From: Nitrosopumilus sp.
GTDB taxonomy: Archaea; Thermoproteota; Nitrososphaeria; Nitrososphaerales; Nitrosopumilaceae
Assembly: GCA_965214775.1 (NCBI GenBank)
Contig: OZ243974.1
Span: forward strand, 192,001 to 256,000
Reading direction: 5' to 3'
Length of the DNA stretch: 64,000 nucleotides
Of the stretch, positions 28,411-37,894 are shown piece by piece. Below the pieces are notes generated by a model. That model saw only the letters and a program-made list of their open reading frames with translations. It had not been told where the DNA came from and ran no database searches. Every line of letters starts with the position of its first letter. Positions within the stretch are counted from its first letter, which is position 1. Made by a program: the position numbers and the translations under genes.

Positions 28411-29491
28411 CGTATAACCTCATCTTCTTTTCAATATCTTTTAGGCTCAGTTCTAATGCATGCTGATCTGCTTTTACTTTCTTCAACACAGTTTCATCAA
28501 CTTCCTTCATGACTTGTTTGACTTTTTCAGTTGGAGTTATCTCATCTAAGACTTTCAGGATATTGTATAACTGTCGTATCATCTTGAATTTTGTTACAAG
28601 AAAGACTAGAAGAGAATAATTGATTTTCTCTTTGTTTTTTGCAAGAATTATCGGTATTGCCTCCAGTCTGCGAATGTTGTCTTTTTTTATCAAAATTGAG
28701 GTCACAAGATATTCAATTCCCATGTGTCTTCCTTGCGTGATATCTGCACCTATTTCCTTGTATCCAAATCTTGCAAGATTAAAAACAATGTCTTGCTCTG
28801 AAGTCTTTGCAAGTGAAATTGGTTCTCTTTCGACTATAACACGTATTCCTCTGTCAAGTAGGTTTTTTATCGTGAACCAAAAAGTTTGGGGGCAAAATAT
28901 GGCAATCTTATCAGACATTATTTCTTTTATTGTATTGGCACCTTCGTGTCTCATCAAGCTCTCAAAGCTTGTCTCGTCTAGCATCAGATAATCAATTCGA
29001 ATATTGTGTACTCTTTGAAGTAATCGCATACTGCTGTGAATACCTTCTGATTCTTTTTTATCTTCATCTTTGCGCAACAAGATGAGCAATTCTATTCTGT
29101 TTAGTTTGGCATTTGTTTCGGGATTTATCATGATGATTGATTTTATTATGCCGAATTCTCTCAAATAACTATTAATCTGCAGCACTGGTATCTGCCAGTC
29201 ATTTCTTTCTTCTAAAAAGAGAATTTTGTTGACAAGCTCGACTTGTGCAAGATGATCCATCAGTAATGAATTATCAAAGTTTAGTGATGCAACAGATGAC
29301 TTTCCATATTTGTCAATGTGGACAAGTTTTTTCTGTTTCATTTGTTGCATTGTATTGTAAATCATTGGATAGTGGGCATGCCCGTAAACATCGTTGATTT
29401 TCTCTTTTATTTTGTGAATGGAAATTGGGTTGCCCATTTCGCGGGACAAAGTGTCTAGTATTTTGCATTCCATGTCTTTCATTGCTTTCAT
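28397..29491 (-). CDS. wHTH-containing partner of the nucleotidyltransferase (AbiEi-like?)
   Basis: N-terminal wHTH (PISIHKI...YPMIYN...KYGKSS); overlaps the downstream gene; AT-rich. Confidence 0.65.
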   Translation of the reverse strand: MKAMKDMECKILDTLSREMGNPISIHKIKEKINDVYGHAHYPMIYNTMQQMKQKKLVHIDKYGKSSVASLNFDNSLLMDHLAQVELVNKILFLEERNDWQIPVLQINSYLREFGIIKSIIMINPETNAKLNRIELLILLRKDEDKKESEGIHSSMRLLQRVHNIRIDYLMLDETSFESLMRHEGANTIKEIMSDKIAIFCPQTFWFTIKNLLDRGIRVIVEREPISLAKTSEQDIVFNLARFGYKEIGADITQGRHMGIEYLVTSILIKKDNIRRLEAIPIILAKNKEKINYSLLVFLVTKFKMIRQLYNILKVLDEITPTEKVKQVMKEVDETVLKKVKADQHALELSLKDIEKKMRLYDAIE

Positions 29492-29619
29492 CTGTTTAGA
29501 TTTATTATATTATATAAGTATAATATTATATCTAATTAGTATACATAGTAGTTGAAAATGTACACTTTGTATCCCACCTGTGTGATGGCGTCTCCATCCA
29601 TCCACGGCTCTGTACACAT

Positions 29620-29742
29620 CAGTACTTCCTAGGTGTGTTTTTGCAGACCCGGCACTGCATAGCCGCTAATTTCGTTTACGTATAAGGTCTTTTGCAAATT
29701 ACGTAATTGTCGTGCCTGTAAAAGTACACTTGGGAAGTACGG
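29620..29742. mobile_element. MITE family D copy
   Basis: Same sequence as 17028-17150; TSD ACAT. Confidence 0.9.
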
Positions 29743-29865
29743 ACATGAAAAAGCCCAAAAAGATGTTCTCAAAGACCGTGACTGAGATCCCCAAGAGGCC
29801 CAAACCGGTCACGACACAGCACACCGCATACAAACGCGAATGCGCCGACTGCGGCCACGAGTGTA
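29743..29865 (+). pseudogene. IS66-like transposase zinc-finger fragment
   Basis: TVTEIPKRPKPVTTQHTAYKRECADCG. Confidence 0.5.
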
Positions 29866-30061
29866 GAGGACTACAGGAACTGGAACGTGCCGGGTACCGC
29901 CACCATATCGGATCCTTTTTGCGTTCCGATGATTGAACCTAGCACGCCTGATTTAGGTATTGCGCGGCAATGCATGATAGGAGGTAAGAGCATACCACCT
30001 CCAGAAGATATCGCGCGGAAGGCATGGTAGCAAAAACGGGCAAATAGGTCACCTGTGTGGC

Positions 30062-30185
30062 ATGCCGGCAATCATAAGTTCTTGAATGTCATCGTCCGTT
30101 TGCAGGGGCGTCTGATCATGAAGTACTTTGAGAATCCTTAACGGCCGGTACGAACTCCTGTCGCAGGCCGGGCCCGCCGTGATCG
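30062..30185. repeat. 124-bp non-coding repeat, copy 1
   Basis: Ungapped match to 54962-55085 (26 mismatches by my count). Confidence 0.85.
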
Positions 30186-33107
30186 GTCGAGCTGATGCCT
30201 ACGGAAAGCCTGCCTCCCTCATCCATAGACTGGCTGCCGATGGGTGACATCGAGGGTGCGGAGTTTGCGTCTATCACTCCCGTGATCTCGACGCGCGAAA
30301 TCTGTACGTCCTCGTTAGGTGCTGAGCTCAGGGCAGTGAACCGGATCTTGAACTCGTCGGATGCGTAGCGGCTTATGTCGTGGCCGGATACGCGCTCCCA
30401 CGTGTCGGTGTCCCCGCCGTTGTCGTGGTTCCAGTAGAACAGCTCCTCCCACGTGCTGCCTCCGTCATCTGAGGCCTCCACCTTTAGGCCCTCCATGTCA
30501 TCCGCATGATCGTCTACAAAATAGTAGAAGCCGAGTCTCACGTCCCCATAGTCCTCCAGATCGAGCGGATCGGCAAGCTCCAGTATGCACTCGTCGTCGC
30601 AGTCATCTGCCTTTGTCACGTTGTACGTTTGGGCGCTAGTGAACGGGGGAGTCGATCTGCGGTTCTCGTATATCTGCCAGTCGCCGTCGCCCGTGTTGCT
30701 CCATCTTGCAAGGTCGCCGTCGAGCTCGTCGGCAAATAGCGTGTTAGGATGCAGTATCCGGTCCGTATACGTGTTCAGAAACAGGACGCGGTTGATGTTG
30801 TGCTGTGGAAAATCTTGTCTCCACTGATCCACGAATTCGTCAAAGTTTTCATGCGGCGCGGTGCCCCTTGACGCAGGAGGGCTGTCAAATACGTCCCAGA
30901 TGATGTGTTCCATGCCTGACACGTCGTCCTGGTTGGTGCCGTTTCCTGGCTCTCCCGTGCCGTCGGTCAGATCCCACAGGGCGGCCGCAACGTTTCCCTC
31001 CACAAACGGGCCGTCCTCAAACGGCACTGCGGGATTCCCATACGTCCTGTCTTCAAAATCAAATACGACACCATGGGTTAGCGACGGGCTGTTCCTTACA
31101 AGTAGCGCAAGGTAGCTGGCCCATCCCTCAAACCATACTAGGCCCTTGCTTTCGTGCGCGGATTGTATGAAATGACTGTAGCTGCCAACAACCCGTGGCC
31201 AGCCTCCGCCGTTTTGATCAACGTATATTGAATTCATCACATGGTGGCCGTATTCGTGTAATACTGTAAGATCCCTGTTGTGGGCATCGTCATTTAGGCT
31301 GATCGTGCTTGCGGCATCATGATAATGGTTTCCATGATTTCGTATGCCATCCATATACTCTACCGCAACCTGCGTGATGTTGGCGCCAAAGTCGCCGCTA
31401 AGCTTCGTATGGGCGTCGTTGATCTTGCCCATGATCGACTGAGCGGCATCTACCGTACTGTTCGATCCAAGGGTTACGTCAACGCGGACTATTCTGTTCT
31501 CCGTGTTTGGGATGCTGGTGGGAGGGCCGTTCTGGTACACCTCGATGACGTCTCCATCGCCGGGAGAGTCAGGAGCTGTAAACTTCACCATTTTTACCAT
31601 GTCGTTTTCCATCCTCAAACCTACGATTAGTTCTACCCCTGTGTCGTCGTCGGGGTCGTCGTTTATCGCACGAACCGAATAATACCCCGAATTATGATTC
31701 ACCATATTGCATGCGTCCATGCTGTCTCTTCAGAACATCGTGTGAACCTGTATTATCCCAGTCAAACAAACACACCTTCATGCCGACAGGTGACACAAGC
31801 CTTCCCCCTGCATCAGTAATCCTGAAATTTCCATATACAAACAAATCATGATCATCTCCATGTGTGGCATGGGCCTCTGGTAAAAAATAGGAGGGGAGTA
31901 CAAACAACCCCGCCAATTCCGGGTACTTTTCAAAGAACTCCTCCAGGACATCCGGTGGAACGTCCAGAGTTCCCACCAGGTACTCCCTGATGTTCTCTGT
32001 GATGCCGAAAACTTCGAGCAATTCCTTCAGGGTCTGTACCGTACCGTTCTGCACGCTGTATTCCCTCTGGTCGCACTGCCACGTGTTGTATGTTACCATG
32101 TGCCTCTTCTGGTCGTAGGTGTATCCGTCCCATCGCTTGTCGGAGATGCACTCGCTTGGCTTCTCGACCTCGGCCCTGACATTCCGTTCCGAGTCAAAGA
32201 ACCTTATTTTCTCCGTTCCGATGTGCCCCGTCTTGCCGTCAAAGTGGACGTACAGCGGATAGTGGCCATAGAGTCCAATGTTTATCTGTAACTGATGTGC
32301 ATTGACAAAATTGCGTCTGGGATGGATGGGCTCGTCGATCCTCAGCGTAAAGATTCCCCGGTTGTCCTCTATCTGGTTATATGGGTGGATGAGAAACCCA
32401 TCAGCTAAAAGGCTGTGTGGCCGGTATCGATCTTGTCCAAAATAACCATCCGTGTATCCATCCGTCAGCAGATGCACCCTCTTGTCGGTTGCGATCTCTA
32501 TGACAACCTGATCATAGTCGCGTCCGGTCGCTATCTGCCACCACGTGTTGCCGTCCTCGTCATCCCACGTGTCGTTCAGACCCCAGCCATACGCCCACGG
32601 GTACCTCTCAAGGTTTGCCGGAGGGTACTCGTCGCCGTGCAGCTCGGAGAAGGTCTTGAGGAACGACCACGTGTAGTTCATGGTAAACGGCTGTCCCAGC
32701 TCGAATGTCTCCGGATAGCTGAGGGAGGTCCACGGCTGCGTAAACATCCGGGGTTCCGCGGTATCTGCATGGCCCTCGTGCGAAGGCGGGCCGTAAAGCG
32801 TCACCGTCTTTGTTTCTGATCTCCCGTAAGTGGCGTCGTCTGCAGTAGGATCAGTCCGTTCCTGTACATGGCCTGCGGCCACCTCCTGCCAGCCCATCCT
32901 CTGTGCTGTCTCGGCATACACGCACGCAGGGGAGCCGTCGTCGCGTATAACAAGGATCCTGTCATGATTGCACTGGACATCCTCTGGAGAGACGCCGGCT
33001 GCAAGCTGCTTTAGCGGTGGGGGCAGTACCTCTGCGTACGCGGTGGCAGTAAGGGCCACTACAGCCAGAACAAGAAAGAGTCCTGCTGCGGAAAAGCGTC
33101 TAATCAT
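30116..33107 (-). pseudogene. Large secreted Zn-metalloprotease (PLKQ module + gluzincin + MAM-like domain), frameshifted and truncated
   Basis: Overlapping ORFs 31692-33107 and 30116-31720; signal peptide; VLHEYGHH...WFEGWA; the C-terminus runs into the 124-bp repeat. Confidence 0.7.
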
Positions 33108-33153
33108 GGCAGCTCTACAGGCATGTAGTTAAAAAGGCTGCTACCGCGTAGTG

Positions 33154-34055
33154 TAGTCAACTCATAAAAAAACGGATGGTTCCGACAGCTGTTTTTGGGT
33201 CCAAAGATCTAGAATCAGGCAAACCACACGCACACGCATGAGAAAACATGTAGAATTCGCGGCATCACGTAGTGCACACAGTTGAAATCTGGACATTTTT
33301 TATCAGAATAGGCACAATATATCAAAACTGCAGTCCGTTTTTTTGATGTGCGCACTACGGAACAAATTCCTTCTAGGCAAAGTGCTCACCCTTCTGCAAG
33401 GCGTACTATGGTGACGACTAGAAATTTTTGGGAATGTATGGGTGTAAATTATGCAGAAATGCGTTTTTTGATGATCAAAGACTTTTAACCGTCACTATAA
33501 ACCCGGCAGCAAGGAATACAACAGATTGCTGCAGTAGCAGTCAGCACGTCAGCACGCCAGGTACTGGAACATCCTTATCGGAAGGATCTCGCGCCTGGCA
33601 AACAGATTCCGCACGGACTGCTCCATCTCATCAAGTGTCTCAAATATCCTGGCAGACAGCCTCCGCTTTATCTCCCTGTACGGTATCTCTACAGGATTGA
33701 GCTCCGGCGTGTACGGCAGTGTGTACTCCAGTATTATCTTGCCGTTATACTTTTCCAGCGTCTTCCTTACATCTGCGGACTTGTGGTATGACGCATTATC
33801 CAGGAATATCAGCACCTTTCCGTACTTTTCGTGCACCTTTTCCAAAAAGTCGCAAAAGCTGTCGGTGTTGGTCCTGTCATGGAACATAAAATAGAATATG
33901 CCGACTGCCAGCACGTCGAACATGTACCGGCGCTGCCGTGACAGCGTCAAGGGAGCCGTGACGCTCATGCCACGCCTGATCCACCCGTGTTTGGGGCTGT
34001 TGGAGGTCTTTTGGATGGATGACTCGTCCTCTGCCAGTATGGTATAACCTTGGTA
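33154..34055 (-). pseudogene. IS630-family relic (3' half plus long TIR)
   Basis: ORF 33549-34094 (LAEDES, FLDNASYH, PELNPVE); terminus TAGTCAAC at 33154. Confidence 0.85.
33270..33357. mobile_element. 88-bp mini-element inserted at C^G
   Basis: CG|TAGTGCACAC...GTGCGCACTA|CG inside the IS630 long TIR. Confidence 0.75.
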
Positions 34056-34145
34056 ACAGGTCGGGCTCTGGAAGCTCAGGCGTGAATCTTGCAACCCCGG
34101 AGGTTATCCGGGCAGCACCTCCAACCAGCAGGCTGATTTGGAAGT

Positions 34146-34419
34146 TGTATAGTCCAAAAAATAGTTCACCCCTTCTCCGAGTGTGTAAAGTCAGTCAGGA
34201 GCAGATGTACAAGCCTGACCCACACTGGAAGTACAGGTGTGTGGGTCTGGCGACGAAAGCTCCGTAAATACGTGAGTCTTGAGCACCCAAACGGCATGAA
34301 GTTAAAGAAAAACCAGGTACAATGGATAGTGCAGGAAAAGAAAAAGGGCGAGCTTACCTGCGCCCATATAGCCGGAACCATGGACGTGACAGTACGGTGG
34401 GTCCAGAAGCTGTGGGCCA
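34146..34419 (+). pseudogene. IS481-family left end plus transposase N-terminal fragment
   Basis: TGT terminus; ATG 34296 MKLKKNQVQWIV...VTVRWVQKLWAR (HTH); cut by MITE C. Confidence 0.6.
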
Positions 34420-34558
34420 GAGCGATGATCCGAAATTAGAAGCCGTGCGAATTTTTCAAGTAATTTCACAGCTAACTTGTATTTTGGCGGTGTTTTGAGC
34501 CGTTTTATGCAAATTCATTCACAAATAATCAGAGTTTGCTAATTTCGAATCAACTCTC
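34420..34558. mobile_element. MITE family C copy
   Basis: Matches 6196-6332. Confidence 0.85.
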
Positions 34559-34738
34559 AGGTCGCCGGACTGGGACAGCCAGGAGACGCCCACACAGGCA
34601 TTTCTCAGAAAGATGCCCAAAGAGGGGGAAACCGTTATTGACGGGCAGACAGGAGAGGAGTATGATGTCAGATAAGGAGGAGCGAACTACTTTTTGGATC
34701 CCACAGAATAAAAAATTTCTTGTTGTAATTTTTATTGT

Positions 34739-36327
34739 AGACCTTATGCGTAATCGACTGGATCGAAATATTACGTTTGCAAGCTGACCATACATGCAGA
34801 ACCGGCAGCGTCATACGGCATGTGCAAAGGCGGCAGAGGACACCGCACCGCATGTCATGAGCCCGTCTAGCTGACAAAAACTGTAGTATCGTGCGGCATC
34901 GTGTGGCGCCGCAATGCGCTCCGCGTCGTAATATCAGAACCCAAGCCTGAGCTTCTTGTCCCGCTTGTCCCACAGCGTCCTAAAGTTGGCAAGCCCGGCT
35001 GTCACCTGGAACTCCCGGTCAAACTCCTCGGCCGTCCCGTCGTACGGGTCGCGCATCCGCTTGTACTGTTTTACCAGCCATATGGCATGCTCGACTGTCA
35101 CCCTCTCGCTACTTGTCCTCCTGTTCTGTGCGCGCTGTTTCTTTGTAAGCTTGTCCCCCTTTGGTTTCTTGTGGGGCTGCATGGATATGACCCCTGGGTA
35201 CATTTTTTTGATTCCAAGGTACCCAAGATCCGATAACAGTTTTACCTTCTCGTCATCGGGATGCTTCCTGTTGCTGCGCATCCTGGCAGTCAGGATTCCC
35301 AGCTCCGGGGGGTTGTCCCTTATCATGGTGAGGTCGTGCGCGCTTCCCGGAGCCGACTTGCTTGCGTATATTATCAGCCTGTCCTTGTTGGTCATTACCT
35401 GGACGTTGCGCGTAAAGCTCTTCTTCTTGCCAGAGTACGCCTCCTTTCTTGGCTCCCTGTCTGTGGGGCGCTGTATGTCTATGTGCGTGCCGTCGACGGC
35501 TACGGTCAGGTCGGGGACGATCTTCATCAGATCCTCTATGGTGCATGTGTTTCGTATCTTCTGCGATATTTTATACGGCGTGGGCAGTATCTCAAGGAAT
35601 ATGATGTCAGAAAACTTGATGTACCTGCATACGGTGCTCTGGTCTATGCCAAAGAATGCCGCCAGCTGCTCCTGGATGAGGTTTCCGCGCTTGCGCATCA
35701 GGGCCAGCAGGAAGGCGTGTCTGTAGGACAGCTTGCACCGGTTTCCGGGCCCGTCGTCCTCGTCCTCAGAAAACAGGGGGCATTCTGTATGCTTTTTGGC
35801 CTTCTCCATATACAGGTTTAATATATATTCAAACTGACGCAGGTTCAGGGACGTGGTGGCCTGCAGGGATCGGCCGCCGATTATGTCATCAAGCACCTCG
35901 AGCCTGTGCATGAACGCGACGTTCTCTGTGGTACGCCTTTTGTCATTCCATGTTACAGGCCAGAACCCGCGCTCAAAGTCCAGCATCTGGTTTAACTGCC
36001 CTATCTTGTCCTGGGCCTGCTCGTACATTTGCCTGTACTGTGCATTCTCCCTCCCTTGCTGCCTGGCCTCCCTCTTGTACTGCATCTTCTCCTGCTCGTA
36101 CATTTGCCTGTACTGCTCATTCTCTTTGCTCAGTTGCCGTATAAGCACGGTCTCGGATTTTGCCATCACTCCTGTTCGAGGATGGATCCCGGATCTAAAT
36201 CAACCGACTGAAAATAGTCGCAGTTTTGATCAAATATTTTGGACAATGCGAGGCGCTGCCTGCCAGCCTGATGCATGATCAGCTTGCAAACAGGATATTT
36301 CGATCCGGGCGATTACGCATAAAGTCT
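34739..36327 (-). mobile_element. IS5/ISL2-like (DDE_Tnp_4) insertion sequence, apparently intact
   Basis: ~57-bp imperfect TIRs AGAC(C/T)TTATGCGTAATCG...; 3-bp TSD TGT. Confidence 0.85.
34934..36169 (-). CDS. DDE transposase (IS5/ISL2 group)
   Basis: FFGIDQSTVCR HTH, VDGTH, YSGKKK, GSAHD, SDLGYLG, ERVTVEHAI. Confidence 0.9.
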   Translation of the reverse strand: MMAKSETVLIRQLSKENEQYRQMYEQEKMQYKREARQQGRENAQYRQMYEQAQDKIGQLNQMLDFERGFWPVTWNDKRRTTENVAFMHRLEVLDDIIGGRSLQATTSLNLRQFEYILNLYMEKAKKHTECPLFSEDEDDGPGNRCKLSYRHAFLLALMRKRGNLIQEQLAAFFGIDQSTVCRYIKFSDIIFLEILPTPYKISQKIRNTCTIEDLMKIVPDLTVAVDGTHIDIQRPTDREPRKEAYSGKKKSFTRNVQVMTNKDRLIIYASKSAPGSAHDLTMIRDNPPELGILTARMRSNRKHPDDEKVKLLSDLGYLGIKKMYPGVISMQPHKKPKGDKLTKKQRAQNRRTSSERVTVEHAIWLVKQYKRMRDPYDGTAEEFDREFQVTAGLANFRTLWDKRDKKLRLGF

Positions 36328-36537
36328 TGTGTTTACAATTTATCTGCTTATGCCTACTATTGGCAATGCCTGTATGTAAAATAACCTAGGTCTTGACGAT
36401 TTGTGTCTGGAGATATGGCGTAATGGCCCTAACATCACTACTGATATTTGGAATGATGATAAAACAATGTGGCATGGAGACGATTAGATGTTGCTTGTTC
36501 ATCGAAGGCTCTGCGCGAAGATCCTTGCAAGCGAGCC

Positions 36538-37086
36538 TCAGAAAGTTAGACAGTCGTGTATCTGCTTGAGGATTCTTGCCGAAGCCCCCCAGACAATCTT
36601 CTTTTTGTATTCAAAAGTATGCATTTCTTGAATAATGTTGTGCAAAGGATCCGGATCAGCTGCCATAGTTCCTAAAAAGGATTCCAAGGGAATGTGAAAA
36701 ATTTTTTCGACCTCAGCATTTGCCAAAAGTGGAGGCACAGAATCAACAATCGAAACAAAGGGCAATATCAGAAAACCAGAATTCAAGGTGACTACAGGTT
36801 CTAGCTGGCCAATCACTTGATCCTTTGATATTGCCAGGCCTATCTCCTCACGAGTCTCTCTTAGTGCTGTTTCTAGCAAATCAGAATCAGACGAATCAAG
36901 CTTCCCACCTGGAAAGGAGATTTCTCCTGCATGAAATTTCATGCTTTTTGGCTTTTCGGTCATTATTATGACAGGGTCTCTGCCATAAATCACAACAAGA
37001 ACCGAAGCAAGCCTGTAATCTTTATGGTCAGTAATTTCCGGATCCAATGATGTTGACAGGACAGATTTTAAATTTTCAAGCAGCAT
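36538..37086 (-). CDS. Nudix hydrolase (CoA pyrophosphatase type)
   Basis: HAGEISFPGG...ALRETREEIG, IVWGASA; start taken at MLLENL. Confidence 0.9.
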   Translation of the reverse strand: MLLENLKSVLSTSLDPEITDHKDYRLASVLVVIYGRDPVIIMTEKPKSMKFHAGEISFPGGKLDSSDSDLLETALRETREEIGLAISKDQVIGQLEPVVTLNSGFLILPFVSIVDSVPPLLANAEVEKIFHIPLESFLGTMAADPDPLHNIIQEMHTFEYKKKIVWGASARILKQIHDCLTF

Positions 37087-37159
37087 CAGAATTCCTTCCT
37101 TCCATTCAATACAAGTTTTGGTATTCAAAGGTTTTAACCAAGGATTAAAAAATGAGATC

Positions 37160-37894
37160 ATGACAATCAGATACGAGGCAAATCCTCCAAAAATTGCATC
37201 TGATGCGGATGCATCCAAGCTGATTGAAAAATTTGTAGACAGGATAAAAATAATTTCTAAAAAATGCGATGCAATTCATCTTACTGAAAATGTGTTGGGA
37301 TTTCAAAGGGTCTCGCCAATTGAGGCCGGAAAGATCATCAGAAAAGAGATTCCCGATCTGCCAATTACGGTCAGTCTCAGGGTTCGAGACAAAAAGGAAG
37401 ACGAGGTCATAGAATTTGTAGAAAGGTGTGTTTCGATAGGCTTTGAGGGAATTCTTGTTCTGATGGGAGACCCGTCCCAATCGGGAAAAGAGGACTCTGG
37501 GTTAATCCCCAGTCAAACTGTAAAAATGCTAAGGGGGAGGGGATTTGATGCAAAGGTTGATCTTTATCTTTCAATTTCAAACAAGCCCGATTTTAAGAAA
37601 ATCGGAAAGAAGATAGATGCAAAACCCAAGGGGTTCATGACGCAGGTGGTGCAGAATTTGCAACAGGTTCAAAGGCTAAGTGACAATCTAAAGGGGTTTG
37701 AGGTCATCCCCATCATCTTGTATCCGTCACAGAAAAACAAAAAATCCGCAAAATTTTTGAATCTGGACCTGCAAGAGTACTCGAAAGATTTCGAGGGCTT
37801 TGTCTCAAAAACCCATGAGGTTACATCCGATATATTGCTAACTTCTCCAAGTGATTTTGACGGATTAAATGAATTCCTAGACAATAAAATCTAG
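37160..37894 (+). CDS. Methylenetetrahydrofolate reductase-like protein
   Basis: YEANPPK, LRVRD, LVLMGDP, FMTQ; adjacent to methionine synthase. Confidence 0.75.
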   Translation: MTIRYEANPPKIASDADASKLIEKFVDRIKIISKKCDAIHLTENVLGFQRVSPIEAGKIIRKEIPDLPITVSLRVRDKKEDEVIEFVERCVSIGFEGILVLMGDPSQSGKEDSGLIPSQTVKMLRGRGFDAKVDLYLSISNKPDFKKIGKKIDAKPKGFMTQVVQNLQQVQRLSDNLKGFEVIPIILYPSQKNKKSAKFLNLDLQEYSKDFEGFVSKTHEVTSDILLTSPSDFDGLNEFLDNKI

